Shown here: one piece after another, positions 1 through 10,038 of the stretch | Layout: every line of letters begins with the position of its first letter | Position numbering within the stretch: position 1 is the stretch's first letter | From: Candidatus Bathyarchaeia archaeon | GTDB lineage: Archaea; Thermoproteota; Bathyarchaeia; Bathyarchaeales; Bathycorpusculaceae | Length of the DNA stretch: 64,000 nucleotides | Reading direction: 5' to 3' | Assembly: GCA_049521795.1 (NCBI GenBank) | Contig: JBEKOM010000002.1 | Coordinates: 128,001 to 192,000, forward strand | Notes under the pieces: generated by a model | Database searches by the model: none | The model's input: the letters and a program-made list of their open reading frames with translations, nothing else | What the model was told of the DNA's origin: nothing | Position numbers and translations under genes: made by a program

Positions 1-43
1 CGTTTGGTAACGTAACCCAAAACGAAACCATGCAAAAGACGGG

Positions 44-323
44 TCATGGTCTAAGATATAAGTCTGGATTTTCATCAGGATAGTTCTTTTTTCTATATCT
101 GGTGCTCTCAATGTAGAACCATTCGAAATCTTTCGCCCATGAGGGCTGATTGCGCAATTTCCTCTGTTCTTCGACTGAATTCTTGAGAACTTTCCAAGAT
201 TGGATTGCTATTGGAGAATACAATCTGAAAGCCTCTGAGTTCTCGACCATCAGCTTTATTTGAAGGAACTACGGTATTTCTTATTGTGGGGTTTGATTCT
301 ATCACACGGGTCAACTCCATCAA
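44..323 (-). pseudogene. Fragment of a DUF4760-like protein
   Basis: C-terminal segment SPIAIQSWKVLKNSVEEQRKLRNQPSWAKDFEWFY resembles DUF4760 C-termini; no intact full-length ORF. Confidence 0.3.
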
Positions 324-426
324 GAGGATGTTTGGTTTGCCGACCGCATCCTCTTGCTAATAGTAACAATAGTAACATTCTCCTATTCATACTTACTCTT
401 TTTACCGTAAGCCTTATTAAGTAAAT

Positions 427-1140
427 ATGGTAAATATGGATAGTAGAAATAGAATGGAGGTGACCCGTGTGAAAGTTGGAAAATATGACATCCCAACATT
501 ACATCTGCAACCAAATCTAGTACAAGACACAAAGACATTATATGAAACCTTCAAGTCAGATGAAGCACCCGACTCGCTAACTGTAGCAAAACTACTTGGC
601 CATAAGACAGACAAAAGCGGGGGATATTTGGCAAAATTAGCCGACCTCAGATCGTATGGACTCATAACGAGCCGAGGAATAAGAGTTACCGACTTAGGGA
701 AGAAGCTCACTTATGGAGCAAGCGACACTGAAAAGAATGAGGCGTTCAAAGAAGCACTATTGAATATACCATTGTGGAAAGAGCTTTACAGTAGGTTTGG
801 TAAAACTCTCCCAACTAGTAATTTCTGGGCAAAACTAACCGAAATAACTGGGCTGGAAGCCCCAGATGCTCAAAAGGTCGAAGAAAACGTCAGAAATGCT
901 TATTTGGCTGATTTCCAATATGTAAAAGAGGAAAAGAAGGCAGAACCAGAGGGCTCCAAGTTGAGTGACCAAACCCAAATTGACACATCAAAGGCAAAAC
1001 CATCTACCCTTGAGGAACTAAAGTTCGGAGACAATGTACGGATATGGCTTCCGAAAGAGAACATTAAAGAAGCATGGACAAAAGCCAAAAAGATGATCGA
1101 CATCTACCTAGGCACTGAAAAACACAAAGAGGAAGGCTAA
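427..1140 (+). CDS. Hypothetical protein, probable winged-helix N-terminal domain (island gene)
   Basis: 237-aa ORF; LADLRSYGLI...VTDLGK wHTH-like pattern; AT-rich. Confidence 0.7.
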   Translation: MVNMDSRNRMEVTRVKVGKYDIPTLHLQPNLVQDTKTLYETFKSDEAPDSLTVAKLLGHKTDKSGGYLAKLADLRSYGLITSRGIRVTDLGKKLTYGASDTEKNEAFKEALLNIPLWKELYSRFGKTLPTSNFWAKLTEITGLEAPDAQKVEENVRNAYLADFQYVKEEKKAEPEGSKLSDQTQIDTSKAKPSTLEELKFGDNVRIWLPKENIKEAWTKAKKMIDIYLGTEKHKEEG

Positions 1141-1154
1141 TCCTTCCTTATTCC

Positions 1155-1370
1155 TTATTTTTGTTTTTCTTTCATCCTTTTGATAGTTTCTAACCCATGA
1201 AGTCTTGTTTCTGTTATTGTTGATTGTCCAACTATTTCTGTTATGGCTGGTATGGCTTTTGGACCATACGCGCTTAATGCGTCAATTACCTTCTTCCGAG
1301 TGTCTGTTATTGATGCAGTCAGAGCTATGTCTTTCAATCTTTTTATCTGCTCCTCTTCTGACAATTTCAA
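1155..1370 (-). CDS. Small HEAT-like helical repeat protein
   Basis: 71 aa; two internal repeats SITDTR/TITETR around ALSAYGPKAIPAI; AGGTG upstream of TTG. Confidence 0.6.
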   Translation of the reverse strand: MKLSEEEQIKRLKDIALTASITDTRKKVIDALSAYGPKAIPAITEIVGQSTITETRLHGLETIKRMKEKQK

Positions 1371-1662
1371 GCACCTTTGACAAGTGGATGATTAGTACAC
1401 TATGTTAAAAAGATTTTTGCATTTTCCTCACTTAGCTTAAGAGAACCCAAAAAGGACATCAATCGAAAAGTAATAGCTCGTAGAGCTGACAGAACCGATC
1501 AAACGAAAGTTTACAAGGGAAACAACCAAACAAAGAGTTTACAGAACCCTTTTCGGATTTCCATTCGCGCATACGTGCGATATCTATTTTCTAAAAAGAT
1601 AAGATTGTCCAGACATGCAAGTTGAAATATGATAACGTTTAAACTTTACCAAACTCAGATGA

Positions 1663-2010
1663 ATGCGCAAGATGAAGGACACGGTAATGGGCAACCTAGA
1701 GATGCGCTTTTACAATCAGATATTTTGCCTTGCAAAGGCTTTGGATGAACATGGGATAATACTCAACTATGATGATGCGCAGATGGGCCGAGTAAGCCCA
1801 AAGCTCGTAGGCGAAGGGTTTGGAATTCCTCTCTCAAAGGTCTATCCCATACCGGTGCCAGAGGACGTGAAAGGACAGATGGCAGCTCTTGATGTTAAGG
1901 ACTTCTGGGATTTCTATTTCTATAGAGAAACGAAGGCCTTAAGAGAAATTGAGCTTGAGAAGAAAAAAGAAGAGGAAAGACCTAAAAAGAAACACTGGCT
2001 CTTCCGATAA
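1663..2010 (+). CDS. Hypothetical protein
   Basis: 115-aa ORF, TATA-like TTTAAA about 25 bp upstream. Confidence 0.6.
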   Translation: MRKMKDTVMGNLEMRFYNQIFCLAKALDEHGIILNYDDAQMGRVSPKLVGEGFGIPLSKVYPIPVPEDVKGQMAALDVKDFWDFYFYRETKALREIELEKKKEEERPKKKHWLFR

Positions 2011-2083
2011 TGTCTGGACACGCGCGCTTATGTAATATAGGGACGTGCCCAGGATACGTAGCAAAAGCGCGCGCGGTTTTTCA

Positions 2084-2122
2084 TAGAAGTCTGTTCCTGA
2101 ATTCTTAAATACTCTTTTTCAC
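2084..2122 (+). promoter_or_regulatory. Conserved promoter of cohesin gene 1
   Basis: TAGAAGTCTGTTCCTGAATTCTTAAATACTCTTTTTCAC, near-identical to 4568 and 8938; contains TATA TTAAATA. Confidence 0.7.
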
Positions 2123-2159
2123 GTATGTTATTGGTGCGAATCGAAGGGGGAGAGGGGAA

Positions 2160-4508
2160 ATGAATCGCAAGGTTATGAGTATTGGTATACTGTTCATCTT
2201 GGTTTTCACTGCAGTCATGGGGTTTGTGATGGTGCCAGTTAGAGCAGCTTCCACATGGTACGTTGACCCTCTAGGCACTGATGATGGGTCTCATGGTACA
2301 GGGCCGGGCATTAGCGCCTTCAAGACTATCACGTATGCTATCACTTCTGCTTCCGACGGCGACACGATAATGGTTGCAGCAGCGACGTATAATGAAGAGG
2401 TTGATGTTACCAAGGCATTGACGATCGTTGGAGCCGGTGCAGGAACAACAATCATCGACGGCACCGGTGTGGCGCTTGCTCATGACGGCCTGGTCAAAAT
2501 CACTACGACGACCGGCAATGTACTATTAACAGGTTTCACAGTGCGCAACGCTCCTTTATCAGGGGACGGAAATTACATGGACATTATAACGCAATCTGCT
2601 GCTACTGTAGACTATACTATCTCATACTGCAATATCTATGGAACCAATAATCCAGCGCTGATAAATGATTATGGATTCTACGCACAGGGAGGGCCGTATA
2701 ACCTAGTATTCACTCACAACATGGTAACTCAGACAGGAAACAACATTGTGTGCGAGGTGCACACCGGTTCGACCGAAATAAGCTATTGTACTCTAGAAGC
2801 TGGTATAGGCCTGGCTGCTGACGCAATATTTTTCATGACGTACGGCGAAGATGTCACGACTCTGCAGAGCGTCTGCTACAACACATTTAATATGGGCACT
2901 GGAGGCCCATTCGACTACGATCACAGATCAACTGGCGTGAGCTTTTGCGCTCCCGGAGCTGCCTGGGGCCTCGGAGATGCGAAGTTCACAGACATGTTAA
3001 TCAGTGGAAACACGTTCAACAACCTGCAAAGCAACAGAAGAGCCATAGGTTTCTGGAACGCCAACAATACGGTACACAACCTCGTTGCTCCGCAGATAAC
3101 TAACAACACTGTAAATGGCGTTGCAGGCTCAACGGATAGCTCTGGTATAGATTTCTATGGCCTCACGGACAATGCCAGCATAAGCGGCAACACGATAGAA
3201 GGCACAGACACTGCAATTTATCTTCGTGACGGAGATGCTCCGGGCACTCAGATCCATTACAACAACATTGTAGGAAACACAGAGGGATTGAACTGGACAA
3301 GCGGAAGCATAGTGGATGCAAGTTTCAATTGGTGGGGCGACTCGTCGGGACCAAACCTGGGCCACGGAGATAATGTGACTGGAAATGCCACAGTCACGTC
3401 CTATTTGCAGAGCCAGTTCGCGGCACGAGTTTACATTGATCCCAACCCTGTCGTGAAGTCTTACACAGACATTGGAACCAACTTCACCATTGATGTGAAA
3501 GTGGAAAAGATCGAAGACCTCTTCGGTTTCGACATCAATCTCACCTGGGACAACTCCTTGATCACTTTCCAAGACTGCAACTATAACGGCAGCTTAGACT
3601 CGCTTTGGCCATTGGGCTGGGCTCTCACAGAAAACACAACTGGTGTCAACGCAGGCACAGAGTGGTACAAACTTGTGGCATTGTCCACGAGCAGTAGTTT
3701 CAACACAACGGACAGCCAAACCCTGTTCACTTTGAAGTTCCATATAGAAAGGGGCTCGATTGTCCTTCTACTGCAGGAGCCGATTCATTTTCAGACAGTC
3801 AAATTGAGCAATAACGCGACGCCTATACCGATCCCGATACCAGCAGCAGTCGATGATGGGCTCTACCAGATTAGTTCCATAGCGCCAGACTTGGAGTTCC
3901 AGTTGTTGGACCCTGATCCGGCGAAACCTTTCGAATGGGGCAAGATCTTCCAGGTCGAAGTGAATGTGAGCCACGTCTGCTCGAAGTTGACGGGCTACAA
4001 TCTCATCATTGCGTACGACAATGAGCTGTTCAACCTAACAGGGGTGAATTGGACCGGAGGCGTTCTAGGAACAGGAAGCTACGCCGATAGCCCGCATGGA
4101 ACTGTGAACGTGGTATTAACTGGCGGTAATCCTTGGATCGGAACCAACGGACTGCTGTTAACACTCTCTTTCCGGCTGCAATTTGACGACAGAACTGAGC
4201 ACATCTGGAGAACAAATGCACCGCACGAGCTGACTGGCAGCGTATCCTTAGAAGATGCTCAGCTAACCTTCACTGATGGCACACTGCTCATGAGTGGAAT
4301 CCAAACGCCTGCACCCCTAACCGCCACGATTCATTTGATTCGGGGAGATGTTGACTGCGACGGCAAAGTGGACGTGCTCGATCTTCGCACGATAGCGGCA
4401 TACTACGACCAGTCGTTGCCAACGAAATATGACCTGAACAACGACGGTACCATCGACATCTTTGACCTTGTAGTTGTCGCAACGAACTTTGGCTACGGCG
4501 GACCATAA
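2160..4508 (+). CDS. Secreted parallel beta-helix + cohesin-like domains + dockerin protein
   Basis: Signal peptide; beta-helix repeats; DLFGFDINLTWD cohesin-like motif; C-terminal GDVDCDGKVDVLD/DLNNDGTIDIFD dockerin. Confidence 0.9.
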   Translation: MNRKVMSIGILFILVFTAVMGFVMVPVRAASTWYVDPLGTDDGSHGTGPGISAFKTITYAITSASDGDTIMVAAATYNEEVDVTKALTIVGAGAGTTIIDGTGVALAHDGLVKITTTTGNVLLTGFTVRNAPLSGDGNYMDIITQSAATVDYTISYCNIYGTNNPALINDYGFYAQGGPYNLVFTHNMVTQTGNNIVCEVHTGSTEISYCTLEAGIGLAADAIFFMTYGEDVTTLQSVCYNTFNMGTGGPFDYDHRSTGVSFCAPGAAWGLGDAKFTDMLISGNTFNNLQSNRRAIGFWNANNTVHNLVAPQITNNTVNGVAGSTDSSGIDFYGLTDNASISGNTIEGTDTAIYLRDGDAPGTQIHYNNIVGNTEGLNWTSGSIVDASFNWWGDSSGPNLGHGDNVTGNATVTSYLQSQFAARVYIDPNPVVKSYTDIGTNFTIDVKVEKIEDLFGFDINLTWDNSLITFQDCNYNGSLDSLWPLGWALTENTTGVNAGTEWYKLVALSTSSSFNTTDSQTLFTLKFHIERGSIVLLLQEPIHFQTVKLSNNATPIPIPIPAAVDDGLYQISSIAPDLEFQLLDPDPAKPFEWGKIFQVEVNVSHVCSKLTGYNLIIAYDNELFNLTGVNWTGGVLGTGSYADSPHGTVNVVLTGGNPWIGTNGLLLTLSFRLQFDDRTEHIWRTNAPHELTGSVSLEDAQLTFTDGTLLMSGIQTPAPLTATIHLIRGDVDCDGKVDVLDLRTIAAYYDQSLPTKYDLNNDGTIDIFDLVVVATNFGYGGP

Positions 4509-4567
4509 AAAGCCCAAGTTAACAAGCGCGCGCTAGGCTGGTATCACGTGTTTCTCAACACTTCATG

Positions 4568-4606
4568 TAGAAGCTAGTTCCTGAACTCTTAAATATCCTT
4601 ATTCAC
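4568..4606 (+). promoter_or_regulatory. Conserved promoter of cohesin gene 2
   Basis: TAGAAGCTAGTTCCTGAACTCTTAAATATCCTTATTCAC. Confidence 0.7.
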
Positions 4607-4649
4607 CTCTTTGTACCGCAGACCAGTGTAGGGAGAGAAGGCAGCTTCA

Positions 4650-7058
4650 TTGTTGCTCCTCGATAACGCGCACGCGCGTAGGGGATTCTTTGCCATATTT
4701 ACAATCGTATCTTTGATCCTAGCTACTACGGCAATCATGACGCCCACTTATGTAAAAACGGTTTTCGGAGAGCCCGCCACGGTCCTCTACATTGACCCCC
4801 CTTTCACGAACAAGACTCATGATGATATTGACACTACCTTTGAAGTGAACGTGACGATTACAAACGTTACAGATCTGCAGGCTTTTGCGTTCAACTTGAC
4901 CTGGGACAACAGTCTGATAACCCTTGTAAACGTCAACTTCACGACCACGCTGAACACCATATGGGGTAAGGGCCACTGGGCTCCTGTGGACAACACAACT
5001 GGTGTTGGCTTCTACGATCTCGCTGCGTTATCCTTGGCGAGCAGCTTCAACGGCGCTGGACCAAATCCTCTGTGCAAACTTACATTTAACGTTCAAGACC
5101 CTCAGACCAACTCTGCCAGAAATTGTTCTATTCACTTTGACACGCACGCCCTGAGCACTTCACAACCGAGCGAAATCGCTCACACGGTGGCTGATGGCAG
5201 CTACACTATTGCGGGCAGGGAAGCAACGGTCTTAATCACTCCTTCTTTGACAGAGAAGACCTATTCCAACGTGGACGCCACTTTCGAAGTGAACGTGACC
5301 GTTGAAAGTGTTACAGACCTTTTCGGCTTTGACCTCAACGTCACATGGGACAGTGCATTTCTAAACTTCAGCAACTGCTACTACAAAGACACGCTGGACG
5401 CACTGTGGGGTTCAGGTCAATGGTTCGTTGCAGAAAACGAAAGTGGCATAGGCTATTACAAATTCGTGGCCGTGTCAACGGCCGATAGTTTCAACACAAC
5501 TCGCAGCCAGGCCATGTTCACCCTCGAGTTCATCGTCGGAAATCCTCCACAACCGAACGAAACAATGATTCACTTCGCAACCGACAAACTGAGTGACCCG
5601 CAAGCGGAAAACATCACACACTTGGTGGAAGATGGAACATATAGGTTCGGGAGCAGTCTTACGATCACTACAGTCGGAAGTGGTTCAGTCACTAAGAGCC
5701 CCAACCAAGCTGCCTACCTGAACGGCACCGTCGTCACTCTAACGGCTTCTCCCTCTATTGGCTGGGGCTTCGCTGGTTGGAGCGGTAACGCTTCGGGCCT
5801 TGCCTACCAGACCACCGTAAACATGACCAGCAACAAATCTGTCAATGCAACCTTCACGCAGAACGTGTACACTTTTTGGATTGCGATTGTTGGCCAAGGT
5901 CATGTCACCCTCAACAACACCGGGCCCTATCACTTCGGCGATGTGGTTCAGCTGTCGGCTGTTCCTGCCTCGGGCTGGGCTTTTGGCAATTGGAGCGGAG
6001 ACTTGAGCGGATCAGTCAATCCAATCACATTAACGATCAACGGTAACGCCTCTGCCACTGCAACTTTCACTCAGACCACTCAGAACACATACACCCTGAC
6101 TATCTCGCTTGATGGCAATGGTTCTGTGACCCTGAGCAAAACTGGTCCTTACAATTATAGTGATGTTGTTCAGCTAACGGCCACGGCTAACGCCAGTTGG
6201 GTTTTCGTGTCTTGGACCGGTAACGTGCCAGGCTATCCCAACTACACCAACCCTGCCACTCTGACTATGACGGGCAACTTCTCAGTTACGGCTCACTTCA
6301 AGCAGCCCGCACCACCGCAGGCCGTTTTCAATTACTCACCCTCAGAAGCATACGTCAACATGACAGTCACTTTTGATGCTACAGCGTCAAAACCCGGTTC
6401 AAATGGCACTGCCGATTCACCCATCGCGAACTACACCTGGAATTTTGGAGACGGCAATATCACCAGCGACAACTACTCCACAATAGTTCACACATATGCG
6501 ACTGATGCAAACTACACAGTCACTCTCAACGTGACGGACAGCCAAGGTCTTTGGAACACCACGTCCGAAACCGTTAAAGTGGCTCCGGCAGAGCCCCAGG
6601 CTAACTTTACGTGGTATCCTGCACCACCCAAAGCCAATGAAACAGTCACTCTTGATGCTACCGCGTCAAAACTTGGTTGGAATGGCACTGCCCATCCGCC
6701 CATTGTGAACTACACCTGGGATTTTGGAGACGGCAATATCACCAGCGGCAACTACCTCACAATAGTTCACACGTATTCGACTGACGGAAACTACACAGTC
6801 ACATTGAACATTGTGGATAGCAACGAATTAAAAGGCAACATTACAAAGATGGTCACGGTACAAGAAAGTATACTTATAGGAGACTTAAACGGGGACGGCG
6901 TAGTGAACATCTTGGACGCGATAACATTTAGTAACGCCTTTGGCGCCACGCCTAGCAGCTCAAACTGGAATCCAAAAGCGGACCTCAACGGCGACGGCGT
7001 CGTGAACATCTTGGACGCGATAATACTGGCAAACCACTTCGGACAATCCAGCTCATAA
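4650..7058 (+). CDS. Secreted scaffold-like protein: 2 cohesin-like + 3 InlB-B/bacterial repeats + 2 PKD + dockerin
   Basis: DLQAFAFNLTWD and DLFGFDLNVTWD; three LTA.P..GW.F..WSG-type repeats; two YTWxFGDG PKD motifs; duplicated DLNGDGVVNILDAI. Confidence 0.9.
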   Translation: MLLLDNAHARRGFFAIFTIVSLILATTAIMTPTYVKTVFGEPATVLYIDPPFTNKTHDDIDTTFEVNVTITNVTDLQAFAFNLTWDNSLITLVNVNFTTTLNTIWGKGHWAPVDNTTGVGFYDLAALSLASSFNGAGPNPLCKLTFNVQDPQTNSARNCSIHFDTHALSTSQPSEIAHTVADGSYTIAGREATVLITPSLTEKTYSNVDATFEVNVTVESVTDLFGFDLNVTWDSAFLNFSNCYYKDTLDALWGSGQWFVAENESGIGYYKFVAVSTADSFNTTRSQAMFTLEFIVGNPPQPNETMIHFATDKLSDPQAENITHLVEDGTYRFGSSLTITTVGSGSVTKSPNQAAYLNGTVVTLTASPSIGWGFAGWSGNASGLAYQTTVNMTSNKSVNATFTQNVYTFWIAIVGQGHVTLNNTGPYHFGDVVQLSAVPASGWAFGNWSGDLSGSVNPITLTINGNASATATFTQTTQNTYTLTISLDGNGSVTLSKTGPYNYSDVVQLTATANASWVFVSWTGNVPGYPNYTNPATLTMTGNFSVTAHFKQPAPPQAVFNYSPSEAYVNMTVTFDATASKPGSNGTADSPIANYTWNFGDGNITSDNYSTIVHTYATDANYTVTLNVTDSQGLWNTTSETVKVAPAEPQANFTWYPAPPKANETVTLDATASKLGWNGTAHPPIVNYTWDFGDGNITSGNYLTIVHTYSTDGNYTVTLNIVDSNELKGNITKMVTVQESILIGDLNGDGVVNILDAITFSNAFGATPSSSNWNPKADLNGDGVVNILDAIILANHFGQSSS
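6363..6809 (+). repeat. Intragenic tandem duplication of a PKD module (6363-6530 / 6642-6809)
   Basis: High nucleotide identity between copies (e.g. aactacacctgg(a/g)attttggagacggcaatatcaccagcg). Confidence 0.8.
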
Positions 7059-7290
7059 CCCCACCTTCTCGAAGTCAGGTCCATTCTTAGGAAAAAGGTC
7101 GGCAGCACTTGCCGGTTTGTGGCGTGCAACGTTGTGCGGGCGCGCTCGTCGTCTAGTCTGATTCAAGATTCCTAAGCATGTAATGAAGACTGGGTTTGGC
7201 AGAACGGTTGGCATGGGCAACGATTGTCGTTGAGGATGATGATGGCGCGCGCGTTCACAAACTTCTTAGGATGGGAAGTTGATTTAGAGT

Positions 7291-8568
7291 TTGAGGAAGG
7301 GAGTTACATCGTCTAGGAAGACTGTTTCTGTAATAGTCCTATTTTTGCTGGTGATAAGCACGTCAGCATCGGCATTTAACATTCAACCTGTTAAAGCAAG
7401 CGGAATTATCTTGATACGGGCTGATGGAAGTGTAGACCCGTCTTCAGCACCCATTTCAACTGTTGACAACATCACATACACCCTTACTGACAACATTGGC
7501 GGTTCTATCCAAATTGAAAGAGACAGCATTGTGGTTAATGGGGCAGGGTACACAGTTCAGGACAATGGAGCTGCGTACCAAAATGGACTTATCCTGGATG
7601 GCATAAATCACGTGACAATCAAAAACGCAGAAATAACGAACTTTTCTGATTCTGGCATCTGGCTCATCGACGGTTCAAGCAACAGCATTTATGACAACAA
7701 CGTCACAAACAACGGGGTTGGGATTTGGCTCGACTCTTCTTCTAACAGCACTTTGTCCGGCAACAACGTCGCAAACAACTATTATAGTCTATATCTCACC
7801 AATTGCTCTGAAAATTCCATTTTCCACAACAGTTTTGTGAACAACACAAACGAGGTCCACACGGAAGGCTCGGCTAATATTTGGGATGATGGTTATCCTT
7901 CTGGCGGAAACTACTGGAGCGACTACAATGGGATGGATCTGTATAGCGGTTCTTCTCAGAATGAAACAGGGAAAGATGGAATAGGCGACACACCATATGT
8001 CATTGATACAAACAACAGAGACAATTATCCGCTTGTCAAACCGTATCCATGCATTCATGCCATTGCCGCGGAAGGCGTAGGAGCCAGCAAAACGATCATT
8101 GGACAAGGCTTTACAACAAACCTAAGTGTAGCTGTTGCCAACAGGGGACACTTCGAGGAAACTCTCAAGGTAACGGTCAACGCACATGCAAATGGGAACC
8201 CTAAACTTGTCGCTTGGAATTACGCAGTTACGCTGACTGCTGGAGACAACTCGACGGCTATTTTTGTTTGGAACACGTCAGGGTCTGTTGATGGCAACTA
8301 CACCCTAACTGCCAGTGTAGAACCAGTTCCGAACGAAACAGACACCCCAGACAACACGTGCAGCAGCTGGGTCGCAGTGACGATCCCAGGCGACGTCAAC
8401 GGCGACTTCACCATCAACATCCTTGACGCAATAACGCTGAGCAACGCCTTCCTAACCACACCCAGTAGCGCAAAATGGAACCCAAACGCAGACATCAACG
8501 GCGACAACCTCGTAAACATCCTAGACGCGATAATACTGGCAAACAACTTCCTACAACAATACCCATGA
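7291..8568 (+). CDS. Secreted NosD/CASH beta-helix + CARDB + dockerin protein
   Basis: GNYWSDY...DGIGDTPY NosD-like motif; CARDB-like Ig domain; dockerin GDVNGDFTINILDAI. Confidence 0.9.
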   Translation: MRKGVTSSRKTVSVIVLFLLVISTSASAFNIQPVKASGIILIRADGSVDPSSAPISTVDNITYTLTDNIGGSIQIERDSIVVNGAGYTVQDNGAAYQNGLILDGINHVTIKNAEITNFSDSGIWLIDGSSNSIYDNNVTNNGVGIWLDSSSNSTLSGNNVANNYYSLYLTNCSENSIFHNSFVNNTNEVHTEGSANIWDDGYPSGGNYWSDYNGMDLYSGSSQNETGKDGIGDTPYVIDTNNRDNYPLVKPYPCIHAIAAEGVGASKTIIGQGFTTNLSVAVANRGHFEETLKVTVNAHANGNPKLVAWNYAVTLTAGDNSTAIFVWNTSGSVDGNYTLTASVEPVPNETDTPDNTCSSWVAVTIPGDVNGDFTINILDAITLSNAFLTTPSSAKWNPNADINGDNLVNILDAIILANNFLQQYP

Positions 8569-8620
8569 CCGCAGACCAGTTACCTTCATTCAGTAGCCGA
8601 CCTCGTGCAAACACGCACCA
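8470..8620 (+). repeat. Dockerin + 3'UTR repeat, copy 1 (copy 2 at 9940-10093)
   Basis: 8470-8579 vs 9940-10049 differ at only 3 of 110 nt; similarity continues past the stop codon. Confidence 0.9.
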
Positions 8621-8704
8621 AAGAAGAATGAGTTAGCTGAACAACTCGACATTGATTGACGGTTCTTTAGTAGTCTGATAACACACCTACTGAGCGCGCG
8701 CACT

Positions 8705-8833
8705 CTCGACGCGAAACAAGGAGATCCGAACTGGGCAGCAGCCTCGACATACGACCTTAACGGCGACGGAAAAATCGACATACTCGACGTGGGAATGGTC
8801 GCAGTGAACTACGGATGCTCATACGTTTCGTGA
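8705..8833 (+). pseudogene. Orphan dockerin C-terminal fragment
   Basis: Translates LDAKQGDPNWAAASTYDLNGDGKIDILDVGMVAVNYGCSYVS*; no ATG/GTG/TTG start upstream of the dockerin motif; in-frame stop at 8657. Confidence 0.75.
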
Positions 8834-8937
8834 TACGCGCGATAAGGTTGCTGTCTCTGTAGTTCTAGGCTTTTTGAATACGAGCGTGCAAATGAGTCGG
8901 TTTCTATTGTTGCGTGAAGTATTTGCGTGCGCAAGAA

Positions 8938-8977
8938 TAGAGGTTTGTTTCTGAAGTCTTAAATATCCTCCAGTTCA
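8938..8977 (+). promoter_or_regulatory. Conserved promoter of cohesin gene 3
   Basis: TAGAGGTTTGTTTCTGAAGTCTTAAATATCCTCCAGTTCA. Confidence 0.65.
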
Positions 8978-9018
8978 TGTTTTTAAGTGCGGACGAGCAA
9001 GTTGAAGGGAGAAATGAT

Positions 9019-10038
9019 ATGTTGCGGAAAACATGGGTTGCAGCATATCTCCTGTTATGCTTGCCCATTTTAGCATGTTCAGTCAATAGAATATCCGCCG
9101 CGTCGACCGAAGTGGACCTCGATCCATTAGTCTCGACGGTAAAAGTGGGAGATATGTTCAGTGTGAACGTGAACGTGACGAACGTGGTTAATCTCACAGC
9201 GTGGCAATTGAACATTTACTATCTAAATGCCGTGATAAACTGCACCAACGTAGCTGAAGGCCCCTTCTTAAAAGCGGGCGGCGGAACATACTTCGGCCAG
9301 AACATTACCAACAACTACAACAGCACATACGGCCGTATCCTAGCATACTCCACACTCTTAGGGATGACTTCAGCGAATGGTGGCGGAGTAATACTCACTG
9401 TCACTTTCAATGCTGTCAGTGAAGGAAGCACTGCCCTAGGGCTCGCTAACACACAACTTGCCGACGAAAAAGTCCCGCCTCAGCAGATTCCTCACCAAAA
9501 TTTTGGCGGGACAGTGACCGTAACCGAGGCGGGTCATGACGTAACCGTGACAAACGTCACATCTGGCAAGATATTCATAGGCCAAGGATACTCAAGCAAC
9601 ATTACTGTAACAATTGGAAATCTGGGAGGCTACACCGAAACCTTCAACACCACGGTATACGCTAACCAAACTATCATCGACACGCCTGTCAACACTACCT
9701 TGACCAGCGGAACCTTCACAACCCTCACGTTTACTTGGAACACTACAGGCTTTGCCTACGGCAACTACACGTTAAGCGCGTTTGCTTGGCCTGTTCCAGG
9801 CGAAAACAGCACGGCGGACAACAACTTCACAGGCGGCGAGATCTCAATTACTATTCCAGGGGACATAAACGGCGACGGCACAGTGAACATCCTCGACGCA
9901 ATAGGGCTGGCCAATTCCTTCCTCACTAACCCTAGCAGTGCAAACTGGAACCCAAACGCAGACATCAACGGCGACAACGTCGTAGACATCCTAGACGCGA
10001 TAATACTGGCAAACAACTTCCTACAACAATACCCATGA
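9019..10038 (+). CDS. Secreted cohesin + CARDB + dockerin protein
   Basis: NLTAWQLNIYY...EGPFLK cohesin-like; CARDB; dockerin; start moved from 8977 to ATG 9019, downstream of the TATA box and GGGAGA. Confidence 0.9.
   Translation: MLRKTWVAAYLLLCLPILACSVNRISAASTEVDLDPLVSTVKVGDMFSVNVNVTNVVNLTAWQLNIYYLNAVINCTNVAEGPFLKAGGGTYFGQNITNNYNSTYGRILAYSTLLGMTSANGGGVILTVTFNAVSEGSTALGLANTQLADEKVPPQQIPHQNFGGTVTVTEAGHDVTVTNVTSGKIFIGQGYSSNITVTIGNLGGYTETFNTTVYANQTIIDTPVNTTLTSGTFTTLTFTWNTTGFAYGNYTLSAFAWPVPGENSTADNNFTGGEISITIPGDINGDGTVNILDAIGLANSFLTNPSSANWNPNADINGDNVVDILDAIILANNFLQQYP

Noticed and set aside
1383-1410. dif/XerD-like site (TATGTTAAAA)
   Set aside because: No matching second arm; better explained as the TATA box of the minus-strand gene 1155-1370
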